Source: a virus
Direction: 5' to 3' (one strand)
IMG/VR virus record: IMGVR_UViG_3300045988_029552
Coordinates: 1-31,437 of that record
Length of the DNA: 31,437 nucleotides
Of this stretch, positions 9,008-18,046 are shown one piece after another. Position numbers and translations under genes: made by a program. The stretch's first letter is position 1. Each line of letters opens with the position of its first letter. The notes beneath the pieces were generated by a model, which was not told the DNA's origin, did no database searches, and worked only from the letters and a program-made list of their open reading frames with translations.

Positions 9008-9594
9008 GCTCCGGTCACCCCATCATCGGTGGCGATGTACAGCGAGTTACCCTGGGCATCCGGGTAGCAGGTCAGGGTCACAGGCAGCTTAATCGCGTCA
9101 CTAGCAGCGAACGTGATGTCGTCAGCCTCAGTGATCTGGCCATCAGGAACCCAGATGATGATCTTAGCGTCGCCATCCTTCATGCGGAAGCACCAGGTCT
9201 TGTGAGGCAGCTCATCCGCGCGGAGCTTCATCAGCAGACGAGTACCCTGCGAAGACGTCTTCGGGGTAACAGTAACATTGTTCTCGCCGAAGAAGTTCTT
9301 CGCCGATCCCTCAGAAACCTCAAGGTGAGACCACTTAATGGTACCCGAGAATTCACTCAAGATCTTCTTAACCACAGACTGAGACCAGTCTTTGATGTCG
9401 TTAGTTGAACGCTTAACTGACAGAGTAAGGCCAGCGTCACTGACATACCCCGAGTCAGTCAGCTTAAGCGTACTCAGATCAAGATTGTACAGATCAGTAG
9501 GCAGCGTAGTCACCAGAGTAGTAGTGGACAGGATAGCTCCAGTCACTGCCTGATCCGGACGGCCTGCCAGCACATTACGGTTATTTACAGCCAT
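9004..9594 (-). CDS. major tail protein
   Basis: 196 aa, directly upstream of the chaperone pair and downstream of the head-tail joining genes. Assigned by synteny. Confidence 0.7.
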   Translation of the reverse strand: MAVNNRNVLAGRPDQAVTGAILSTTTLVTTLPTDLYNLDLSTLKLTDSGYVSDAGLTLSVKRSTNDIKDWSQSVVKKILSEFSGTIKWSHLEVSEGSAKNFFGENNVTVTPKTSSQGTRLLMKLRADELPHKTWCFRMKDGDAKIIIWVPDGQITEADDITFAASDAIKLPVTLTCYPDAQGNSLYIATDDGVTGA

Positions 9595-10014
9595 TTAGTT
9601 CACTCCTGCTAGAATCATACGAAACGTAAAAGAATATCGAGCGATCCCTGAACCGCCAGATGATTGGCTACTGTCAGGATCATAATAAGGGTAAGAAACT
9701 ATATCTACTTTATGGCAAGGGTATTTACCCATATGCCCATAATAGGGCCTCTCTTCAACCCAGTTAAGACATTTAGCCGCCAAGTTAAATGCTTCTGTGC
9801 TATCAGTGTTGTCCTTACCCCAGCATGTGACGGTAAGCTGGACCCTCACTCTGCGAGGATCAAGGCGAGTACCAGAGCTAGTCAGCTTGACCACACACTG
9901 TCGAGTTCCTAGCTTGTCTGCTTGCTGCCTTACAGGGACTCCCTGTAGGTGCGCCCTCAAGCCCATGATGCAGGCAGCCTCAGCGTCAGGGAACTCAGAA
10001 ACATACTTACCCAT
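9595..10014 (-). CDS. head-tail joining protein (tail terminator-like)
   Basis: ORF 9595..10035 trimmed to the ATG at 10014 (ATGGGTAA overlap with the upstream stop). Assigned by position. Confidence 0.5.
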   Translation of the reverse strand: MGKYVSEFPDAEAACIMGLRAHLQGVPVRQQADKLGTRQCVVKLTSSGTRLDPRRVRVQLTVTCWGKDNTDSTEAFNLAAKCLNWVEERPYYGHMGKYPCHKVDIVSYPYYDPDSSQSSGGSGIARYSFTFRMILAGVN

Positions 10015-10273
10015 GAGTGTAACTCCCAAACGCACTAGTCAACGTCTTGTTGTCAGCCTCAGACTTAGCCCCATAAAAGCTAGCCGGCCTCACGGTAGCC
10101 CTAGCTCGAGTCTGACCCACATACCCCGACCACTCAAAAGCATCGTCACGGCCAGCATTGTCATTAGCCTGATCACATATCTTCTGGGCCATATCGTTTA
10201 GAACTGAAGCAACCTCAGATGACTTAAGCATTTCCTGGAATCCCTCATCGTGGAATTCAAGTCGCTCAAGCAT
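10007..10273 (-). CDS. head-tail joining protein (neck / tail-completion-like)
   Basis: 88 aa, tightly packed in the connector block. Position only. Confidence 0.45.
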   Translation of the reverse strand: MLERLEFHDEGFQEMLKSSEVASVLNDMAQKICDQANDNAGRDDAFEWSGYVGQTRARATVRPASFYGAKSEADNKTLTSAFGSYTHG

Positions 10274-10653
10274 CAGTCCACCGCCACAAGCTTAATCACC
10301 TGGTGACTAAGGCCGAGGTAATCATAAGACCACACACCGGGGACACCTGACACTCTGTACACAGGTGTGGTCTTGTTAAACCATTCCCCCGGCGTACCTT
10401 TGTGGTCCCAACTAAGAATGACCAAATCCTTAGCCTGCACAGAAGCAGTCAGTGGCGCGTACACCGTGTACGTCCACTGACCGTCACCCTGCCTATCCCC
10501 AGCTAGCTCAGTAGCAGAGGGCTGCTGAATAGAGCAGCCCTGGATAGTGAACTCCTTAGCTACCTGATCTTGAATCAGGTTACCTCGGTCGTCGTACCTA
10601 TCTTGAAGTCGAGCCACCCAGATATAGCCATTAGTAAGAAAGGGAAAGCTCAA
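10273..10653 (-). CDS. head-closure / head-tail adaptor protein
   Basis: 126 aa. Overlapping start/stop with both neighbours. Position after the gp6-like connector. Confidence 0.5.
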   Translation of the reverse strand: MSFPFLTNGYIWVARLQDRYDDRGNLIQDQVAKEFTIQGCSIQQPSATELAGDRQGDGQWTYTVYAPLTASVQAKDLVILSWDHKGTPGEWFNKTTPVYRVSGVPGVWSYDYLGLSHQVIKLVAVD

Positions 10654-11180
10654 GGACGATACACCAACCTAAAACCATCGAGTGCCCGCTTAGCATAAGT
10701 GCTCAATCGAATACCCCCACCAGGAACTTCAAACGTACTCGATACTGAGCCCACGGCAGCTTGATTAATTCCGACCGGTGCAGTCCTGGAAGCTACTATA
10801 ATAGATGCCATAACTACCTCCACAGTAGCTGGCAGCTCACTATATCCGTGAGTCATAGTAGCCTGGATAGCCCCCATAGCAGCAGGCAGAGGGTCACTTA
10901 GCCTACACATACCTGCCTCAGACCATTCCTGAACCACACGCTCGTGACCTAGATACTCGATCGTAGGTTCACCCTGAAGCATCAACGTCGGCAGCTTAAT
11001 AAAGCGTCCACCCTTATGATCTACCCTCTTAGTCTCCGTGATCAAAGGGTAGATATGCCACTCGCAGAATTCCCTAATCAATCCGGAAGCCTGCCTAATA
11101 AGAATAGGGGTAAGGGGGTCATCCTTTTTGATGACCCCCTTACTTAGGGCTTCCAGAGTATCAGCCCCAATAAGGTCCAC
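10650..11180 (-). CDS. head-tail connector (gp6-like adaptor)
   Basis: 176 aa, immediately downstream of the major capsid gene. Typical size and position. Confidence 0.55.
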   Translation of the reverse strand: MDLIGADTLEALSKGVIKKDDPLTPILIRQASGLIREFCEWHIYPLITETKRVDHKGGRFIKLPTLMLQGEPTIEYLGHERVVQEWSEAGMCRLSDPLPAAMGAIQATMTHGYSELPATVEVVMASIIVASRTAPVGINQAAVGSVSSTFEVPGGGIRLSTYAKRALDGFRLVYRP

Positions 11181-11182
11181 GA

Positions 11183-12367
11183 TCAGACCTTGCGAGAAAC
11201 CTTGCAGAAAGCTTTCGGCTGAGTCACGGTCAGCAGCTCACGGATCTCCATACGGACCACAGTCACGTCAGACACGAACAGGTCAGCGTGAGAATTCGTC
11301 GCCTCAATCCTGACACCGCCCTTCCGGACCAACATGCCGCCAGCCTTGAACGCACCAACCAGAGCAGTGCCCGCAGCGATACGCGGGGAGATCACAGTGT
11401 TCAGGCCCCACAGCGAAGGCACAATCTGAACCTGGCCGTTGCCGTACGCACCAGTGAACGCACCGCCACCGAAGTACTGGCCGTTGCTGTCCTTAGCCAG
11501 ACGCTGAGCAGCGTAGTCCTGGGGGTTGATCACGATAGCGTCAGCCGGGAAGCCGCTCTCCTGGAGGACGTCCATAGCTCCGCCCAGAATAGCCTCACCG
11601 AACTCAGCAGTAGTAGCAGTCTTCTCAACCTCACGGGCCAGGATACCGCTCTTGGTCAGGACACCCTGGAGCTGGCCGTTCTGACCAGAGCCGTTCAGGA
11701 TCTGGTTCTCTTCAGCAACAGCAATACGGTACACGCCACGCTGATTAACATGCGAGGCCAGCCAGGCGTGATCCTCAAGCATTTCGTCAGAGAAGGCCAG
11801 AATGCCGGTGATCTTCTTCAGCGCCTCGATGTTCGTCTTCGGGTTAACAAAGTGAATGTTGTTCTTCTTGGCACCCTGAGCAGTCGGGCCGGCATCGCCC
11901 TCAACAGCGCTGTCCTCAAGCCAGGCCACAGCAGCACTGTCGGTGTTACCCTGAGCGAAGAGGTCCCCAACATACAGCGGAGGCTGAGCGTAATGAGCAC
12001 CCTTGTCATAGTCGGCGTCAAAACCGATCAGGCTGTCCCAAGTCAGGTGCCAATCCTCAGCACCTTTGAACTCGGGACCGTTCACCGAGAAATTGTCACG
12101 GCCCTTAACCCGAGCAAGCTCAGGACCGAAGTGCTTAACAAAGTGCGCACCCAGAGACTTAGCCTCACCAGCAACCGCCACAGAATTTCCTTTCAGTTCA
12201 TTAACCGCGCCTTCATTCGACTCGAAGGACTTGATCTTAGCAATAGTTGACTTATACTCTTCGACCAGAGATTCGGTATCTTTACCCACAACCCCTGACT
12301 CTTCAACTGCCTTAAGGCGACCCTTGATCTCAGCAGCCTTAACTTTCAGTGCCTCAATCCCGCTCAC
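11183..12367 (-). CDS. major capsid protein, HK97-like with N-terminal delta-type coiled coil
   Basis: 394 aa. GTG start overlapping the protease stop (GTGA). N-terminal coiled coil (IEALKVKAAEIKGRLKAVEE). Follows the S78 protease as in HK97-type modules. Confidence 0.85.
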   Translation of the reverse strand: MSGIEALKVKAAEIKGRLKAVEESGVVGKDTESLVEEYKSTIAKIKSFESNEGAVNELKGNSVAVAGEAKSLGAHFVKHFGPELARVKGRDNFSVNGPEFKGAEDWHLTWDSLIGFDADYDKGAHYAQPPLYVGDLFAQGNTDSAAVAWLEDSAVEGDAGPTAQGAKKNNIHFVNPKTNIEALKKITGILAFSDEMLEDHAWLASHVNQRGVYRIAVAEENQILNGSGQNGQLQGVLTKSGILAREVEKTATTAEFGEAILGGAMDVLQESGFPADAIVINPQDYAAQRLAKDSNGQYFGGGAFTGAYGNGQVQIVPSLWGLNTVISPRIAAGTALVGAFKAGGMLVRKGGVRIEATNSHADLFVSDVTVVRMEIRELLTVTQPKAFCKVSRKV

Positions 12368-13059
12368 GCAAACAACCCCTTAATCTCAGCTAGAATAGAC
12401 TTAGCCTGATCATCAGCTGGCTTATCCTCAGGCTTATCAGCTGGCTTGTCTTCAGCCGGCTTAGCCTCAGTCTTGTCTTCCTCATCGAAATACTCATCGA
12501 GCTTGGACTCAAGCGCTTCGATAATCGGCTTGACCACAAGCTCAGCAATCTCTTCAGGCGTCATTCCTTCTGCCTCTTTCTTAGATTTGACATCAGTAAT
12601 AGCTGCCTCAGGATTAGCTGGGGCAGGGACCACAGACACCTCAAGAAGCGACACACTCTTAATATAAGTCTTGCCATCCTTGTGATCTGCGTCATTAACA
12701 TAGAAGCCGAACGACATACGGTCAATTCGGCCTTCCTTCAAAAGCTTATATACGACAGGCCCGTTACCCGGACCCTCAGTGTCGACCACACACCTGACAA
12801 GCAGTCCGGTGTCGTCTTCCTCGGCACTCTCGACGTAGCCAATATTATTCATCGGATCAGTGAGATCGTGTCCATAGAAGACCGGGATCTTCCGACCTTC
12901 CCATTCTTTCAGGGTGTCAGCGAACGCACCCTGCACCATGACGTCGCCATATGAGTCGACGTTACCGAACACCGACGCATACCCAGTGAATACCCCTACG
13001 CTGGACTCGGACTCTTCTGCTTTAACCTTAAACGACTTAGTCTTAATCGCTACTCCCAA
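12364..13059 (-). CDS. prohead protease, HK97/S78 family
   Basis: FTGYASVFGNVDSYGDVMVQGAF and PVFYGHD are characteristic of HK97-type prohead proteases. TTG start. C-terminal KP(A/E)D low-complexity tail. Confidence 0.85.
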   Translation of the reverse strand: MGVAIKTKSFKVKAEESESSVGVFTGYASVFGNVDSYGDVMVQGAFADTLKEWEGRKIPVFYGHDLTDPMNNIGYVESAEEDDTGLLVRCVVDTEGPGNGPVVYKLLKEGRIDRMSFGFYVNDADHKDGKTYIKSVSLLEVSVVPAPANPEAAITDVKSKKEAEGMTPEEIAELVVKPIIEALESKLDEYFDEEDKTEAKPAEDKPADKPEDKPADDQAKSILAEIKGLFA

Positions 13060-14921
13060 TCTATGCTAGTCGTGCAATTACAGTGAGCAACCTCAGCAGG
13101 ATCATCGTCATCACCCGGATACTTCATGCCATTGCTGAACTCTTCGTCCAGGCCCACACGCTCACCGTCCATAGCAGCGTGCGAGTCCCTCGCATTAGGT
13201 CCCGTATGCCATGTCTTGGTAGCAGCACCAGACTGCCTGCCAGCCTCCTGTGTGGCCCAGCCCATAGCCCACGTAACCATAGACCCCGCCATACCTAGTG
13301 CAGCTTCTTTCAGCCAGTGCTCAACAGGTTCCACAGTATCCGGAGGATCATCACCCTCCATCGCCTGCTCCCACTCGTCCTGCTCATCCTCAAGCTCATC
13401 CAGGCTATCGACTATACCCTGAGAGATTCGCTTAGCCCGCTTCTTAAGGTACGACCGAGTAGACCCTTTGTCATAGTCCTCGTCACGCCCCTCAAGCAGC
13501 TTGTTGCCTACCTCGCTGGTCAGCCCTAGATCAAGGTCAAGCAGGTCCTCAGCAAGACTCTCATCAGCTGAAGCTTTAACCTTCAACCGCCCTGACTTAT
13601 ACAACCTCTTACGGGCATGAGCTTCCAGCACCGTCGTGTACCTCTTGACCCACGACTTACGGTCCACACGCAGCGGTCTACTCTTGACCCTAACCTCACC
13701 TGAATTCTGAGAATACCCTCCAGGGTCCACACTCACGTTCAGTGGTGTGATCAGATCATCGCCACCATCGATAGCTGGCAGGTTCAGCCTGGCCCGAGCT
13801 TCATTACGAGTCATGTAAGCAGAGCCCACAGCTGACTGGAACCACTGAGCCTGTTGCTCAAAGTCAGCTTGGAGTTTCTCAGCTACGTTGAATTCAATGT
13901 AGCTGCCTTTAGCCCCACCCATAATAGGAATAAGGAATGCATTAAGCGTAGACTCTATTTCCGCAATAAGCGGGCCCAGAGTATCCCCATAAAGCATTTT
14001 ACGGAATTCCCGAACGTTGCTGTAATTAGCATTATCGAGAATACCGACCATTGTGGGGTTAACGTGGAACGCGTTAGCTACAGTCGAATAAGCTAGCTTA
14101 ACGCCCTCAATGTACTGCTGATCAGTAGCACTGAAGTCCACACGATTAAGAGTCATCCCATCCTCAAGGATGGGAGTGCCCCCAGCGCGCTTACCCGAAC
14201 CGGTATATTTCTCATACCAGTCTTCCCGGAAGGTCTCACGTTGAGCGTCAGTCCAGCGAGGCGCGTCAACAGGGCGCTGAAGCACAGCTGAGACCTTGCC
14301 ACCGCGAGCCCACAACTGCTGCCTGTATTTGCTGGCTTGAATCTGCTCAGCCAGCACTTCTTTCAAGCTGACAATCGTAGCGCTGCATCCGCCAGGATCA
14401 GTCGGGTGGTACCCACCGAAGTAGACCACACGTGAACTGTCCAGAGTCAACTTCTTATCTGACTCGAAGCTAACCTCATGTGTGACCTTACCGAAATTGT
14501 CAGACTTAGTCTGAACCCAGCTAGGGGGCAGGCGGTAGACTTCCCAGTTACCGTTCTGGTTCACTACTGGCCACCAATAAGCGCGGTCGTACAACGCCTT
14601 GTCCACAACCAGAGCGTAGATCAGTTGATACAAGGTCATCGATTCATTAGCTTTGGCGCCAGAGAGAAACCCGCCAACAGGGGACGAGGTATCCCTCAGC
14701 CTGCCCCCATCACTTTGCTTAACATAAGAATGTACGCCTAGATGAGCGATATTCCTGGCGAGGAAGGTAACCACAGTCCGAAGATGTGGTTGAGTCTTGA
14801 ATAGCTTAGCGGCTGAAACACCGGAAAGGTCAACCAGTTCAGTAGGGCCGACCTTATACTGCCGAGGCTCATATGTGGTAATACCCTGAAGCCGGTTAAA
14901 GATACCAGACCAGAAACCCAC
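13050..14921 (-). CDS. portal protein fused to a MuF/SPP1 gp7-like head-morphogenesis domain
   Basis: 623 aa. The N-terminal ~400 aa are portal-like in size and position after TerL. The C-terminus carries the MuF-type motif RDSHAAMDGERV...FSNGMKYPGDDDDPAEVAHCNC. Confidence 0.8.
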   Translation of the reverse strand: MGFWSGIFNRLQGITTYEPRQYKVGPTELVDLSGVSAAKLFKTQPHLRTVVTFLARNIAHLGVHSYVKQSDGGRLRDTSSPVGGFLSGAKANESMTLYQLIYALVVDKALYDRAYWWPVVNQNGNWEVYRLPPSWVQTKSDNFGKVTHEVSFESDKKLTLDSSRVVYFGGYHPTDPGGCSATIVSLKEVLAEQIQASKYRQQLWARGGKVSAVLQRPVDAPRWTDAQRETFREDWYEKYTGSGKRAGGTPILEDGMTLNRVDFSATDQQYIEGVKLAYSTVANAFHVNPTMVGILDNANYSNVREFRKMLYGDTLGPLIAEIESTLNAFLIPIMGGAKGSYIEFNVAEKLQADFEQQAQWFQSAVGSAYMTRNEARARLNLPAIDGGDDLITPLNVSVDPGGYSQNSGEVRVKSRPLRVDRKSWVKRYTTVLEAHARKRLYKSGRLKVKASADESLAEDLLDLDLGLTSEVGNKLLEGRDEDYDKGSTRSYLKKRAKRISQGIVDSLDELEDEQDEWEQAMEGDDPPDTVEPVEHWLKEAALGMAGSMVTWAMGWATQEAGRQSGAATKTWHTGPNARDSHAAMDGERVGLDEEFSNGMKYPGDDDDPAEVAHCNCTTSIDWE

Positions 14922-14963
14922 TATTACACCTCCAATTCAATCCTGTAAACAGTATAACACATT

Positions 14964-16637
14964 TCAAATAGATTCCAGCCCCGACACGCCGTAAGCCGAG
15001 ACTTTTGTTTTGTGGAATTGCCACACGTTCATTGCTGTGACTAGTGCAGCAACGCCATCGATCTTATCTCGCTTCTTTTGCTTAGCAGGTTTAATGTTAC
15101 CAGCGGGATCCATAGCTGGGCGAATATTATCTATTTGCCATGCCATAAGAGGATTGCCATCGTGCTTAATAGCACCCCCCTGCATAACCAGTCTCTGAAT
15201 CTCTTTCATAGGTCCTGACATAGAGACAAACCCCTGACGGACTTTCTCAAGTCTGTACCCATCAGCTTGAAGATCATTAGATACCTGAGTAGCATTCCAC
15301 GGGTCGAACCCTATGCACTGAACATCGTAATGCTTAGCATCCTCATCAATCTGAGCTTTAACAAAATCATAATCAGTGACATTACCTGGAGTCAGCTTAA
15401 TTAGTCCTCGGCTAGCCCACACCGATGCATTACGGTACGTGGCCCTGTCAAGCTCAGCTAGCGCAGCCTCAGGCAAGAAGAAGCGAGGCAGAATCTGGTA
15501 TGTACCGTCCTCTGCTGGGAACAACCACACCAGTGCTGTGAGGTCAGATACCGCTGCAAGGTCCAGGCCGCCATAGCACTGTCTGCCCTCGATGTCCAGC
15601 TGAGCCACAGCCCCCTTCATCCAGTCAGACCTGCTGATCCACGACTCGTCCAGCCTGCCCCTGATGCCTAGATGCAGTCTCAGGAAGCTGGCCTTAGCCA
15701 CAGGGTCAGTCTTAGCCTTATCAGCAGCAGACTGCATGAATGCCCGTGACGGAGTTACGGGGTACAGCGGGTTAGCTTTAGCCCACGTCTCTTCTGACCA
15801 GGGGTCATCTTCAGGGGAAGCAGACCACACCACACAGAATGATCGAGGGGCTTCTACAACCCCCTTACATATGTTGTCAACTAGCTCTCTGCGCTGGTCA
15901 TAGGGTGTACCCACACTGCCGTCATCAGCTGTGGTGATCACCATCGTTAGGGGCTGTTCACGAGCACCTGTACCCGTCTCCATAGCCTCCAGTAGACTCA
16001 ATGACTTATGCACGTGCAACTCATCACAGATAGCACCGTGCAGGTTAGCACCATGTGCCAGATCACCCTTACTTGACACTACCTTGATGACGGAGCTTGT
16101 CCTATCCTGCTTGATCGAGTTATGCAGTGATCGGATGCCGGCCTGCTTCAATAGTGGGCTGTTGTCGACAAGTTGCTTTAGAGGCGTGAAGCACGCCCCA
16201 GCCTGGTCTCTAGACGCCGCACCAATAATAACCTCAGCACCGCCCTCGTGATCACCGAAAGCGAGGACCATAGCTAGTGCAGATGCCAGCGTTGACTTAG
16301 CCCCTTTACGGGGCATTTCAATATAGGCATCCCTATACAGCCTCAGCCAACGCCCTAAAGAATCATCGTAGACTTGCCAGCCAAACAGTGGGGCCACAAT
16401 GTAGGCTATCTGGACATTAGTTAGCTTAAGGGGCTTACCTGCCCACCTGCCTTTAGTGTGCCTTAATGCAGAAATAACCCGAAGAGCATGATCTACGCTC
16501 TTCGGGTTAAATCGCACTTGCATACCATGGACCACACCCCCAGGATCGGGGCACTTGAGGTGTGGTCCCCTTTCAGGTATGTCTAGCTTCCTACTGATTA
16601 AATACTCTTTAATCTCATTAGGGATTACATTATTCAT
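14964..16637 (-). CDS. terL: terminase large subunit
   Basis: 557 aa. Walker A-like MPRKGAKST, Walker B-like AICDELH, C-terminal nuclease-type acidic motifs (GGLDLA, GFDPWN, DGVAAL). Confidence 0.9.
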   Translation of the reverse strand: MNNVIPNEIKEYLISRKLDIPERGPHLKCPDPGGVVHGMQVRFNPKSVDHALRVISALRHTKGRWAGKPLKLTNVQIAYIVAPLFGWQVYDDSLGRWLRLYRDAYIEMPRKGAKSTLASALAMVLAFGDHEGGAEVIIGAASRDQAGACFTPLKQLVDNSPLLKQAGIRSLHNSIKQDRTSSVIKVVSSKGDLAHGANLHGAICDELHVHKSLSLLEAMETGTGAREQPLTMVITTADDGSVGTPYDQRRELVDNICKGVVEAPRSFCVVWSASPEDDPWSEETWAKANPLYPVTPSRAFMQSAADKAKTDPVAKASFLRLHLGIRGRLDESWISRSDWMKGAVAQLDIEGRQCYGGLDLAAVSDLTALVWLFPAEDGTYQILPRFFLPEAALAELDRATYRNASVWASRGLIKLTPGNVTDYDFVKAQIDEDAKHYDVQCIGFDPWNATQVSNDLQADGYRLEKVRQGFVSMSGPMKEIQRLVMQGGAIKHDGNPLMAWQIDNIRPAMDPAGNIKPAKQKKRDKIDGVAALVTAMNVWQFHKTKVSAYGVSGLESI

Positions 16638-16647
16638 TGTGTTGTAT

Positions 16648-17052
16648 TCACATGAGGAATGGATTATCAGTGTCTTTGTTCTTACCCGAATTCCTTGCTT
16701 TAGGCGTCCACCCGGCCTCTTTCATATAAGCAAGAAAGGCCTGAGATTGTGACCGGAAAATAACCTCCGCAGGATGCTTTTGCATTCGGTGATTGGGGTT
16801 ATCAGTAACCAATACCGAATCAGCTGAAATAACCTCATTCGAGGCTTTTCGTGCAATAGCATAATGCCTACACATAGCCTCGATAAACAGGCCATCCATT
16901 TCATCAAGGTTGTCAAGAACTTCCTTAGGCATCATACCAACAAGCTCGGACCACACTCCTCGAAGAACCTCATTATTGGCGATTCCAGGAGGAATCTCAC
17001 TAAAACGCTCTTCTTCGGTCAAAATAACACCTTCTTTCCAAACAGTGAACAC
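16648..17052 (-). CDS. terS: terminase small subunit (P27-like)
   Basis: 134 aa. Pattern W..L...D...L...C..Y and C-terminal EAGWTPKAR typical of the P27-family small terminase. GTG start. Directly upstream of terL. Confidence 0.7.
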   Translation of the reverse strand: MFTVWKEGVILTEEERFSEIPPGIANNEVLRGVWSELVGMMPKEVLDNLDEMDGLFIEAMCRHYAIARKASNEVISADSVLVTDNPNHRMQKHPAEVIFRSQSQAFLAYMKEAGWTPKARNSGKNKDTDNPFLM

Positions 17053-17083
17053 TGTTCACTTTAACGATCAACTAACCTGTATT

Positions 17084-17467
17084 TCACGGAGAGTTACCCC
17101 GGCGCAGCTTTTTAATTGAATTTCGTGATTTTCTTGACGCTTCCCTTGTTTTCTTGGAATGACATTCATGGCATAATGATTGCAATTGATTTTCGTCTAG
17201 AATTGTTAATTCATTCTCAATTGCTTTAATTCCATCAATGTGATCGACTTCTGTTGCAATCATTCCGCACAAATTACAGTAAGGATTCTCTCTAATGAAT
17301 CTGTTACGAAGTTTCTTCCATTTACGGTAAATCTTTCCGTCGACATTCTTCCAAGCAGTTGGTCGCAATTCCCAACCGGATTTTGTCGGTGTGTGGGCCA
17401 GGCACGACGCTGTGCCTGGCAAACCTAACTCTCCGCACCAGCATCGCTCAGGGGCTGAATACGGCAT
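17084..17467 (-). CDS. HNH endonuclease (terminase-associated)
   Basis: CNLCG...EVDHIDG...NQLQSLCHECHSKKT is an HNH/zinc-finger motif. Sits just upstream of terS as in HK97-type cos phages. Confidence 0.9.
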   Translation of the reverse strand: MPYSAPERCWCGELGLPGTASCLAHTPTKSGWELRPTAWKNVDGKIYRKWKKLRNRFIRENPYCNLCGMIATEVDHIDGIKAIENELTILDENQLQSLCHECHSKKTREASRKSRNSIKKLRRGNSP

Positions 17468-17493
17468 GGGATAAGTCCTATCGAGGTATACCG

Positions 17494-17526
17494 GGGGTAC
17501 CTTCCGGGGTACCTTAGGGGGTACCT
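17494..17526. repeat. three tandem 12-bp-phased GGGGTACCT repeats (17494, 17506, 17518); a fourth copy lies at 17603..17611
   Basis: ccGGGGGTACCTTCCGGGGTACCTTAGGGGGTACCTatg read directly. Each unit contains the GGTACC palindrome. Confidence 0.85.
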
Positions 17527-17533
17527 ATGCGAG

Positions 17534-17570
17534 ATACCCTAGGGGGCTATTCCTGCACCCCCTAGGGTAT
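17534..17570. repeat. perfect 13-bp inverted repeat ATACCCTAGGGGG / CCCCCTAGGGTAT with an 11-nt spacer
   Basis: Arms at 17534-17546 and 17558-17570. Each arm contains the CCCTAGGG palindrome. Confidence 0.85.
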
Positions 17571-17630
17571 TTCAAAATTAGCACCCCCGGGGTTCCAATC
17601 CAGGGGTACCTACAAACCAGTACCCGTAAT

Positions 17631-17656
17631 GGTTAACATTACCCCCATAGGTTAAC
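17631..17656. repeat. pair of GGTTAAC sites 19 bp apart (17631-17637, 17650-17656)
   Basis: aatGGTTAACattacccccataGGTTAACctc. The same hexamer forms the dyads upstream of the early promoters. Confidence 0.7.
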
Positions 17657-17694
17657 CTCATCCCCCTAGCCTTGTCAAGCCGACACGCCGGTAG

Positions 17695-17982
17695 TCACCA
17701 TGCCACCGCCACATCGACCATCAGGTACTTGCCCTCGACCTTAGACGTCAGCGAGACCACACGCTCGCCGTAGCCCACCAGGGCCTGCCAACACGCCTTT
17801 GCCTCGTATGACTCCACCGGGTAATCCTCAAGCTTCGCCCTGAACTTCATGAGTGTGGTCTTGTTCCGGTCATCGTGCTGCATACCCAAGCTCTCCAGCC
17901 GGTACCCCACTGGCAGAGCAGGCACCTCATGCCCACCCGGCACCAGCACACATCGCTTAACAATCTCTCGCGGAATCTCCAT
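17695..17982 (-). CDS. hypothetical protein, apparently leaderless
   Basis: 95 aa. The ATG lies 6 nt downstream of a TGcTAAGCT extended -10. No recognisable motif. Confidence 0.55.
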   Translation of the reverse strand: MEIPREIVKRCVLVPGGHEVPALPVGYRLESLGMQHDDRNKTTLMKFRAKLEDYPVESYEAKACWQALVGYGERVVSLTSKVEGKYLMVDVAVAW

Positions 17983-17988
17983 GCCCCG

Positions 17989-18018
17989 AGCTTAGCACAT
18001 CTCCCTGCCACCCTGCAA
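17989..18018 (-). promoter_or_regulatory. leftward promoter, TTGCAG-N18-TGcTAAGCT, with the ATG at the predicted +1
   Basis: Minus strand reads ggtgTTGCAGggtggcagggagatGTGCTAAGCTcggggcATG, near-identical to the rightward promoter at 18715. Confidence 0.65.
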
Positions 18019-18046
18019 CACCTCCTGAGAGCTCCACCGTCGCGCC

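Noticed and set aside
11288-12250. 320-aa plus-strand ORF antisense to the major capsid gene
   Set aside because: The capsid frame is supported by synteny and coupling to the protease. A long antisense ORF is a common by-product of GC-biased codon usage, and the sequence is S/L/T/R-rich.
12395-12450. Imperfect 12-15-nt DNA repeats (cagctggcttatc / ctcaggcttatc / agctggcttgtc) in the protease 3' region
   Set aside because: They simply encode the KPAEDKPADKPEDKPADD low-complexity linker of the protease C-terminal tail and are not an independent element.
17044-17060. 17-bp palindrome AGTGAACA-C-TGTTCACT spanning the terS GTG start, considered as a cos or operator site between HNH and terS
   Set aside because: One perfect 8-bp-arm palindrome is roughly what chance predicts in 31 kb (about 0.5 expected), and there is no supporting repeat or second copy. 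It is worth revisiting only if termini map here.
17494-17611. Possible CRISPR-like array, given the short regularly spaced repeats
   Set aside because: The units are 9 bp at 12-bp period with 3-nt gaps rather than spacers. There are only three or four copies and no cas context. They are treated as protein-binding repeats.
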